Below are positions 1 to 6,960 of a DNA stretch of 64,000 bases, piece after piece. This stretch comes from an uncultured Christensenellaceae bacterium (GTDB taxonomy: Bacteria > Bacillota > Clostridia > Christensenellales > CAG-1252): assembly GCA_964391805.1 (NCBI GenBank), contig CAYMNK010000003.1, positions 11,362-75,361 of the forward strand, read 5' to 3'. Below the pieces are notes generated by a model. It saw nothing but the letters and a program-made list of their open reading frames with translations, was not told the origin of the DNA and did not search any database. Numbering within the stretch: the stretch's first letter is position 1; every line of letters starts with the position of its first letter. A program made the position numbers and the translations under genes.

Positions 1-472
1 CCGCATCCAAAATGCGTTCGAGTTTTTGATTAAAGAATAGCCTTGCCTTTTGATATTCGGCAACCTCAACCTTGGTAAAGTAGATTTGAGAAATCTTCGA
101 AAAAATGTATTTCGGAATAGATTCATCGACTTCTGGTGTAGAAATATCCACGATTTTGAACTCATGTTTATCTACAACTGACCAAAATGCATGTTTGCCT
201 ATGCGAAGGACGGAAGAAAACTTACCGTTCACATAATGGAGTGCAAGCTCCTCATCCTTAACCTCTACCACAGCAACGCTGTCAGCAATATTTTCATCGG
301 CAAGCAATGTGTCAAGAGGACACCTACTGCATACGATAGGTTGTTCTAAATCCGATATTACAACTTCGCTTTCTCCGAAAAGGTGATATTTGCCTGCGTT
401 AAGCAATTTGATATACTTTCCGTTTTTGAAGAGAAAGCCTTTTTGGTTTTCGTTAATTATTATCTTTTTCAT
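1..472 (-). CDS. Slipin (SPFH/band-7) family protein, N-terminal part; runs off the window
   Basis: Not in the ORF track; translated by hand from ATG 472 (RBS AAGGAGG ~483-489): MKKIIINENQKGFLFKNGKYIKLLNAGKYHLFG...VEVKDEELALHYVNGKFSSVLRIGKHAFW...VEVAEYQKARLFFNQKLERILDA. The recurring V-x-E-x-x-x-G/A-L-x-F-x-N-G..L..G.Y/H.F unit resembles slipin N-termini. The SPFH core would lie outside the window. Confidence 0.75.
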   Translation of the reverse strand, partial: MKKIIINENQKGFLFKNGKYIKLLNAGKYHLFGESEVVISDLEQPIVCSRCPLDTLLADENIADSVAVVEVKDEELALHYVNGKFSSVLRIGKHAFWSVVDKHEFKIVDISTPEVDESIPKYIFSKISQIYFTKVEVAEYQKARLFFNQKLERILDA

Positions 473-489
473 AATATGTAGTCCTCCTT

Positions 490-930
490 GTAAATAATAG
501 TGTTGTTGCCATTCTATCATTCATGCAAAGGTAACGGCTGAAAACTTGAGCATTTCCTGCACAGAGCGGAAAGATATCTTTTGGCTCTATTTGGGATAAT
601 ACGGTATCCGTTCTCAGACAAGGCTTCCTTTACATTGCTCGGCGAAACGTCCCGAAAGACTTCTCGCTTTGCCGAATGATAACGAATAGCTTAACATGAA
701 TGTTTCGTTGCACAGATTGTGCAACAACCTGTTTTGCGTCCATTAGGACAAAAACCAAACCACTGGCGATATGCTAAATGAGAGTGCATACGGTGGGATT
801 CGAACCCACGATAGTAGAGTCAAACCGACTCAAGGGCAAGCATTCTTCGGGCATACACTTTGGAACATCCTCGTGCACCGCTGTGAAAGATTGATTCAAA
901 CACGGGCTTGAAGTAACCTTGCAAGCATAT
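490..930 (-). ncRNA. Candidate structured ncRNA(s) with a tRNA-like / YrlA-like module, upstream of the slipin gene
   Basis: Minus strand: perfect T-arm GTGGG-TTCGAAT-CCCAC (809-793); GTATGC/GCATAT hairpin; D-loop-like GCC-AGTGG-TTT-GGT; hairpins GAGTC/GACTC, GTCC-TAAT-GGAC, GTTGCACA/TGTGCAAC and a UUCG-capped stem; AAGGTTACTTC near the 5' end. No ORF of 60 aa or more. Confidence 0.6.
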
Positions 931-1132
931 TTTATCATTCAATTTACCCTTTTTCACGGAAAAAAAGCTGCGAAAATAAAAAAAAGCTTTTTAGACCTAA
1001 CATTATGAGATAATAATAAGAATACAAATTCAAAATAATAAGTAAAGGAAAAGCGGCACCTAAAAAAACGTCGATTTTATAAAATTAATAATTACACATA
1101 GATAAATTCATTGATAAAGCGAAGTGTTTTTG

Positions 1133-2044
1133 TTATTTTATTCCGCAATTGAATTGCTTTTTTAGTTTTTCGATAACTAATTGTCTAAAGGATTCCGACT
1201 CTAAAACTTCAACCATCGGTCCAAAGGAAAGAATTCTAATTACAAGTTCGGGCTCATCGTCGTGAGCATATTTTATTTTTACAATATAATGCTTTCTATC
1301 AATCTTTTCGGCTTGTTTTTCAAAATGGGCAAAGTGAAGCATGAACCGCTCCATTGCATTTCGCTCGTCACGTATTTTTACGGTAACTGTATCGTATTGC
1401 ACCGTTCTTTCTCGCCCGCTCGATTTTCTCTCGCCCGTATAGGGGACGCAACCTCTAATTTTGGAAAGATTAACGATTGAAACGGTACGCCAACCTGCTG
1501 TAATCAACCTAAACTTGTCATCCTTTTCGGAATATTCGAGTCTTACGGGGCGACATCTCACAAACATGAAATTGCCCTTACGATTGAGCATTTCAAACTT
1601 AATTTGAGAGCCGTTACGAATTGCATCTAAAATGACTCTAAATTGTCTTATGTATTCCTCGTCTTCTAAAGGATCTCCGTCACCGTATTTATCATATATG
1701 TGATAATCATCAGGGGTAAAAAGCGGTTCCACGTCATCGAGATTAGGAAACTCGACACCAAATAATTTCACACGAGGATCGAGAGAGATCGCTTTCAACC
1801 ATTGCTTTTGAAGGGTCGTCAAGGGCATCGTCGGTTTATGCTTAAGCGGAGTTGTCATATCGGGATGCACAAGTTGCCATTTTCCGTTTTTGAGAGCGGG
1901 TATGATCGTCAAAACGCTTTCACCGAACGCATGATCTATGACAATCTTTTGCAATTCGCTTTCGGAATGCTCGCCATCGAGTATACTCGATATAATATTT
2001 GCAACGGTATTGTAATAAGCAGAGTAAAGTTCGCTAAAAATCAT
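1133..2044 (-). CDS. WYL-domain protein (WYL + WCX), PafC-like partner
   Basis: WYL-type segment AIRNGSQIKFEMLNRKG...RPVRLEYSEKDDKFRLI...VNLSKI and WCX-like tail ELVIRILSFGPMVEVLESESFRQLVIEKL; start overlaps the upstream stop (ATGA, 2041-2044). Confidence 0.85.
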   Translation of the reverse strand: MIFSELYSAYYNTVANIISSILDGEHSESELQKIVIDHAFGESVLTIIPALKNGKWQLVHPDMTTPLKHKPTMPLTTLQKQWLKAISLDPRVKLFGVEFPNLDDVEPLFTPDDYHIYDKYGDGDPLEDEEYIRQFRVILDAIRNGSQIKFEMLNRKGNFMFVRCRPVRLEYSEKDDKFRLITAGWRTVSIVNLSKIRGCVPYTGERKSSGRERTVQYDTVTVKIRDERNAMERFMLHFAHFEKQAEKIDRKHYIVKIKYAHDDEPELVIRILSFGPMVEVLESESFRQLVIEKLKKQFNCGIK

Positions 2045-3297
2045 TCTTCCACCTCCGCTTTTATACCATAGATTCGGTACATATCTTCTAAATCCTTTTT
2101 AAATTGGTTCTCAAAAGTACGATTGGAAAAGTTCATTTTTATTATGCGACAAATAAATGTTCTAATCCAAGGAATCATTTCACTTGAATCGTACACGTCT
2201 GCCGAAAAACGATAGGTGTATTCGTCGAGCTTAGTGATTGTACCGATACGCTTTTCGCGATACAGTCTCTTAACTATGTATTCTTCTCCGTTTTCCACCT
2301 TAACGGTAAATTCTACATGCTCGAGGCGATCTACTCCCCATTTATTACGTCTAACACTTACTCCCCACATCTTATCTTGCATTCTGTCAAGTTCGGCACG
2401 AAGCTCGTCAAAGCGAGGTGTGGGATCTTCGAGTTTTACATTCGATAGGTAATCCACGCGGTAAGAAAAGAAAGTGTTATATTCGGGCAAATATGAGAAC
2501 AAATGCTGTCTACCGTTTTGCACGCTGATGAACAAGCGAAGCGGAATGATGCGATTTCTTCTGGGCAAGTCTTTACGACGGCTCAAATTCGATACCGTTA
2601 CCGCTCGTTTTTCCCTCATCGCCGTGAACAAAGTTGCAAGAATTCCGCTATCGATGGCACCGTTTATATAATGGTGTTTAAAGGTGAACGCATCGGTATC
2701 AGACTCCTCCTTATCGAGTATAAAAGAACCGATAACTCCGCAAGGAGCAACCTCCGAAAAATAATGTAAGACATCGTCAAGATCGTAAGTGTCGGTATTA
2801 TTCGAACGACGATAATACATTTTTCGTCCTTCTTTTTCGGCAACAATGATACCGTTTTCCGCGTATTCTTTGAGTTTCTTACGAATAGTCGATTCGTCGA
2901 ACATCATAGGAGTTTCGAACCCCGACAAATACTCATCTATTTCAGAAAGTAACTCCGATATGGTACGCTTAACAGATGAATCGTAGAGTATATCAAAGAT
3001 AATAAAATGCAATGTGATATCGCCATCGGTAAAGCTCTTTGCTTTCCACGCATTGTAAAGCGGATTATGACTGATCGTTCGACTGTCGATGGAGATAAAA
3101 ACATTTTTGCCTTCGGGTGTGCGAACGAAATTCATATGGTCTCCAAGCCAACTTTCGATACGACGGCGTTCGTCATCATAAGAACGAGCACTTTTACCAA
3201 GATAATCGTTACGGCTCTTAAAACCATAAACGTAAAAATCACGCATATATGCTCTGATCTTCTCAAAATTTTTGATAAGCTCGCTGTATGAAGACAT
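2041..3297 (-). CDS. wHTH-WYL-WCX transcriptional regulator, PafB-like
   Basis: HTH-like ISELLSEID..ESTIRKKLKEYAENGII; WYL segment AMREKRAVTV..RNRIIPLRLFISVQNGRQHL..FSYRVDYLSNV; WCX-like EMIPWIRTF; RBS GGGAG. Confidence 0.85.
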   Translation of the reverse strand: MSSYSELIKNFEKIRAYMRDFYVYGFKSRNDYLGKSARSYDDERRRIESWLGDHMNFVRTPEGKNVFISIDSRTISHNPLYNAWKAKSFTDGDITLHFIIFDILYDSSVKRTISELLSEIDEYLSGFETPMMFDESTIRKKLKEYAENGIIVAEKEGRKMYYRRSNNTDTYDLDDVLHYFSEVAPCGVIGSFILDKEESDTDAFTFKHHYINGAIDSGILATLFTAMREKRAVTVSNLSRRKDLPRRNRIIPLRLFISVQNGRQHLFSYLPEYNTFFSYRVDYLSNVKLEDPTPRFDELRAELDRMQDKMWGVSVRRNKWGVDRLEHVEFTVKVENGEEYIVKRLYREKRIGTITKLDEYTYRFSADVYDSSEMIPWIRTFICRIIKMNFSNRTFENQFKKDLEDMYRIYGIKAEVEE

Positions 3298-3390
3298 TGT
3301 TTACTCCCTTTTTGACGATATATGTTTAATGCGAATTAGATTTTGAGTGTACTGTAGTTGCGATTAGTATCGTCCCATCAATTAAAAATC

Positions 3391-3669
3391 CATAACATTG
3401 CGAAGCAATGCATTATTTGCCATAGACAAGCATCATTCGCGTAGCATCGTCCGCAAGATACCAAATTGTTGCACAATTTGATTCTCACTACATTCGAATT
3501 TCGACTTCGCTTACGCTTCGCTCAGTATGACGGCGGACGAAATTCTATTAGTATGACATATATATGGTATAATATTTTTTTATCATGTCATTCTGAGCGA
3601 TACGAAAGTATGGAGTCGAACCCGTTAGGGCAATGCATAGCATTGGAATCTTATTCCTTGTTAATATGG
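3391..3669. repeat. Mosaic REP-like palindromic repeat cluster
   Basis: CGTCCGCAAGATACCAAATTGTTGCACAATTTG...CGCTCAGTATGACGGCGGACG (3448-3540) and GTCATTCTGAGCG...GAGTCGAA...GGAATCTTATTCCTTG (3587-3660); near-identical modules recur at 27060, 34850 and 37990. Confidence 0.85.
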
Positions 3670-3707
3670 ATTGATTTCATTTAGCTATCTTATTGACGAA
3701 AACTATT

Positions 3708-4244
3708 TTAATAATTCTCAGCGGAGATTTCGAAGTAACTTTGCGGATGAGCACAAGCGGGGCAAACTTCGGGAGCCTCGGTTCCAACTACGATATGACC
3801 GCAGTTACGGCATTCCCAAACCTTGACTTCGCTACGGCTGAAAACTTCTGCCATTTCGATATTTTTAAGTAAAGCACGATAGCGTTCTTCGTGATGTCTT
3901 TCGATTTCGGCAACCAAACGGAATTTGAGTGCAAGTTCGGGGAACCCTTCCGCTTCGGCTGTTTCTGCGAACTCCTTGTACATATCGGTCCACTCGTAGT
4001 TTTCGCCTTCGGCTGCTGCTTGTAGATTTTCACGAGTATCGCCTATTCCGTTCAACTCTTTGAACCAAAGTTTGGCGTGTTCCTTTTCATTCTCTGCTGT
4101 TTTAAGGAACAACGCCGCTATTTGTTCAAAACCTTCTTTTTTAGCTTTTGAAGCAAAGTACGTATACTTATTTCTTGCTTGTGATTCGCCGGCAAATGCT
4201 GTTTCGAGATTTTTCTCGGTTTGTGTACCATGATATTTATTCAT
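3708..4244 (-). CDS. rbr: Rubrerythrin
   Basis: [12 protein letters not shown], di-iron EKEH and ERHH motifs, C-terminal rubredoxin domain WECRNCG...CPACAHP. Confidence 0.95.
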   Translation of the reverse strand: MNKYHGTQTEKNLETAFAGESQARNKYTYFASKAKKEGFEQIAALFLKTAENEKEHAKLWFKELNGIGDTRENLQAAAEGENYEWTDMYKEFAETAEAEGFPELALKFRLVAEIERHHEERYRALLKNIEMAEVFSRSEVKVWECRNCGHIVVGTEAPEVCPACAHPQSYFEISAENY

Positions 4245-4284
4245 AATAATACTCCATATTTTTTAAAATTTAGGATAAATCCTC

Positions 4285-4320
4285 ATAATAATGATAAAAC
4301 TTATGCACTCGGTTTGTCAA
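4285..4320 (-). promoter_or_regulatory. sigma-A promoter of rbr overlapped by a possible Fur/PerR-like box
   Basis: Minus strand TTGACA-N18-TATCAT; overlapping AATAATGATAAAACTTATG matches the Fur box GATAATGATAATCATTATC at 14 of 19 positions. Confidence 0.45.
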
Positions 4321-4358
4321 TATTCAAAATATTTCTTTTGAATTTTTTCTAAAAAATG

Positions 4359-4388
4359 TTGACTTAGCCGTTAAAGGAAGTCTATAAT
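4359..4388 (+). promoter_or_regulatory. sigma-A promoter of the thrS leader
   Basis: TTGACT-N18-TATAAT immediately upstream of the T-box leader. Confidence 0.7.
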
Positions 4389-4393
4389 AAGTA

Positions 4394-4628
4394 AAAGCGT
4401 TGAAGGAGACGTTTATTCTTAGACGGTCTGAATCAGAGATCCTTAGCCGTGGCTGTGAGCATAGGACAGATCAAGATTAAACCACCACTCCGGAGCCGTC
4501 CGCGAGCAACTAAGCGGTACCGTACCCTTGTCGTTAAAGGTCAATGAGCGAAATATTAAGGTGGAACCGTGTTTATCCAAGCACCCTTAAAGCAAATTTA
4601 TTTTTGTTTTGGGTGCTTATTTTATTTT
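4394..4628 (+). promoter_or_regulatory. T-box riboswitch (Thr)
   Basis: Stem I with AGAGA and GCTG elements, ACC (Thr) specifier candidate in AAACCACCACTCC (~4479-4490), T-box AAGGTGGAACCGTG (4558-4571), terminator AAGCACCC...GGGTGCTT-ATTTT; lies upstream of thrS. Confidence 0.92.
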
Positions 4629-4649
4629 AAAACGAAAAAGGAGTTAATT

Positions 4650-6449
4650 ATGAAAGTCGTTTTTAACAATGGAAGTCAAGGCGAATGTCCCGCTAACGAA
4701 GAATTGCATGTAATCAGACATACCGCCGCACATATCATGGCTCAAGCCATCAAAAGATTATATCCCCAAGCCGATTTCGCTTACGGCCCCGCAACCGAAA
4801 ACGGATTCTATTATGATATTGATTTGTGCGACACCAAGTTAACGGATGCCGACTTACCCAAAATCGAGGACGAAATGCGTAAAATATGTAAGGAGAACCT
4901 ACCTATTAAGGCGTTTTCGCTACCGAGAGAAGAAGCAAAGAAACTTATGCAGGAGCGTAACGAAAAATTCAAACTCGAGCATATCGACGACCTTGACGAT
5001 TCCGCGATTATTTCATTCTATCAACAGGGCGAATACATCGATATGTGCGTTGGTCCGCACCTTGCATATACCAAGGCTTTAAAGGCATTTAAACTACTTC
5101 AAATTTCGGGTGCATACTGGAAAGGCGACGTAAATAATAAGATGCTTCAACGTATCAACGGTGTAGCTTTTGCGTCTAAAGAAGAACTCGAAGAATACCT
5201 CGTTCAAAGAGAAGAAGCACGTAAGAGAGATCACAACAAGATCGGTAGAGAACTCGAATACTTCACCACCGTCGATTGTATCGGTCAAGGATTACCGATT
5301 TTACTTCCTAAGGGTGCAAGAACCATTCAAAGAATGCAAAGATGGGTTGAAGACGTAGAGGAAGAAAACGGATACCTTTTGACCAAAACTCCCTTGATGG
5401 CAAAGAGAGAATTGTATAAGATTTCCGGTCACTGGGATCACTATCTTGACGGAATGTTTGTAATGGGCGATCCAAATGACGAAACCAAGGAATGTTTCGC
5501 ACTTAGACCTATGACATGCCCGTTCCAATACCAAGTATATCTCAACAAACAACGCAGTTATAAGGATTTACCTATGAGATTCGGCGAAACCTCTACCTTA
5601 TTTAGAAACGAGGATTCAGGAGAAATGCACGGATTGATAAGGGTTAGACAGTTCACGATTTCCGAGGGACACCTTGTACTTAGACCCGATCAACTCGAAG
5701 AAGAATTTAAAGGTTGTCTCGAATTATGCAAATATTTCCTCGGCACCGTAGGAATGCTCGACCGTTGTACATTTAGATTTTCTCAATGGGATCCCAACAA
5801 CACTCAAAAATACGAAGGCACCAAAGAACAATGGGATGAAGCTCAAAGCTTAATGGCAAAGATTCTCGAGGACTTACACGTAGAACACACCATAGGTATC
5901 GACGAAGCCGCTTTCTACGGCCCGAAACTTGATATTCAATATAAGAACGTATTCGGGAAGGAAGACACCATAGTAACCATCCAAATCGATATGTTGCTTG
6001 CCGAGAAATTCGGAATGTACTATGTGGATGCAGACGGAAAGAAAAAACTCCCCTACATTATTCACCGTACCAGTTTGGGTTGCTATGAGCGTACCCTCGC
6101 ATACTTACTTGAAACCTATGCAGGCGCACTTCCTACTTGGCTCGCTCCCGAACAAGTTAGAATTTTGACAATCACAGATAGAGCTATAGAGTATGCAGAG
6201 AATGTGAAATCAAGACTTCATTCGTTAAAATATAGAGTAACGCTTGACGACAGCTCTAATACATTAAAATACAAGATAAGAAACGCTCAACTCGAAAAAA
6301 TCCCATATATGGTTATCATTGGTGATAAAGATATCGAAAATAATACCGTATCCGTTCGTCATCGTTCGGGCGAGGATTTAGGATCTATATCCCTCGAGCA
6401 ATTCGAAGCAATACTTGCCGATGTAGTCGACAACAAATTAAAGAAATAA
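4650..6449 (+). CDS. thrS: Threonyl-tRNA synthetase
   Basis: IRHTAAH and DMCVGPH editing motifs, RDHNKIG, LRPMTCP, FYGPK, IHR. True start is ATG 4650 after AAGGAG; the ORF-track start at 4569 lies inside the T-box. Confidence 0.97.
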   Translation: MKVVFNNGSQGECPANEELHVIRHTAAHIMAQAIKRLYPQADFAYGPATENGFYYDIDLCDTKLTDADLPKIEDEMRKICKENLPIKAFSLPREEAKKLMQERNEKFKLEHIDDLDDSAIISFYQQGEYIDMCVGPHLAYTKALKAFKLLQISGAYWKGDVNNKMLQRINGVAFASKEELEEYLVQREEARKRDHNKIGRELEYFTTVDCIGQGLPILLPKGARTIQRMQRWVEDVEEENGYLLTKTPLMAKRELYKISGHWDHYLDGMFVMGDPNDETKECFALRPMTCPFQYQVYLNKQRSYKDLPMRFGETSTLFRNEDSGEMHGLIRVRQFTISEGHLVLRPDQLEEEFKGCLELCKYFLGTVGMLDRCTFRFSQWDPNNTQKYEGTKEQWDEAQSLMAKILEDLHVEHTIGIDEAAFYGPKLDIQYKNVFGKEDTIVTIQIDMLLAEKFGMYYVDADGKKKLPYIIHRTSLGCYERTLAYLLETYAGALPTWLAPEQVRILTITDRAIEYAENVKSRLHSLKYRVTLDDSSNTLKYKIRNAQLEKIPYMVIIGDKDIENNTVSVRHRSGEDLGSISLEQFEAILADVVDNKLKK

Positions 6450-6462
6450 TACATTATTTGTA

Positions 6463-6494
6463 CAAAAAAAATCGGGTTCGTCCCGATTTTTTTA
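6463..6494 (+). terminator. Intrinsic terminator after thrS
   Basis: AAAAAAAATCGGG-TTCGT-CCCGATTTTTTT. Confidence 0.85.
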
Positions 6495-6549
6495 TGTCCA
6501 AAACTGCCATAAAGAAGCATTAAGTTTAAGTTTTAAACTTATTTTTTAC

Positions 6550-6611
6550 AAGGATTTAGATACCGACGCGCTGCATCGCTGCTACTCTCATGTTTTTTGC
6601 TCAGTGTGACC
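6550..6611. repeat. Degenerate copy of the REP-like mosaic element
   Basis: GGATTTAGATACCGACGCGCTGCATCGCTGCTAC...GCTCAGTGTGAC resembles 53898-53970. Confidence 0.6.
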
Positions 6612-6851
6612 AGAATGCAAATTCTACTTACGCGATATATTGTTTCGCAGAGCTGTGGATTTTTTTAGTAATTATATTTATAAGTCATTCGTAATAATTA
6701 TACCCATATTTAACTTAAACTTTCAAATGAAATAAATTTATTCATTATTTCCTAAAATGGTTGCTAAAAAATCATCTCACAGTACATTGTTTTTCCTTCA
6801 AAAATGTCTTTATATAAACTTATCAAAAATGGTTGAGTTAACCCAAAGGTC

Positions 6852-6880
6852 TTGATTTGTTATTAGGGGAAAAGTATACT
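6852..6880 (+). promoter_or_regulatory. sigma-A promoter of the sugar-utilisation operon
   Basis: TTGATT-N17-TATACT about 80 nt upstream of ATG 6961. Confidence 0.6.
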
Positions 6881-6960
6881 ATATTCGTAGATGAAATGCT
6901 CGTTTTGCCAATAAAAAATTGAGCATTAAAATGAAACACAAATTTTTTAGGAGGAATATA

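Noticed and set aside
783-859. Canonical tRNA gene suggested by the GGTTCGAATCC T-loop
   Set aside because: No proper D arm before the T arm, the anticodon-like loop is only 5 nt, and there is no CCA; kept only as a tRNA-like ncRNA.
3466-3684. Short ORFs over repeat mosaics (also 27118-27363, 30062-30256, 33578-33796, 34952-35158, 35315-35518)
   Set aside because: They are largely translations of palindromic repeat DNA, lack convincing RBSs and differ in frame between copies.
4569-4649. N-terminal extensions given by the ORF track (thrS; likewise 6919, 11542, 29695, 41412, 42595, 50017, 53570)
   Set aside because: Downstream ATGs fit the family N-termini and most have clear RBSs; the thrS extension overlaps the T-box terminator.
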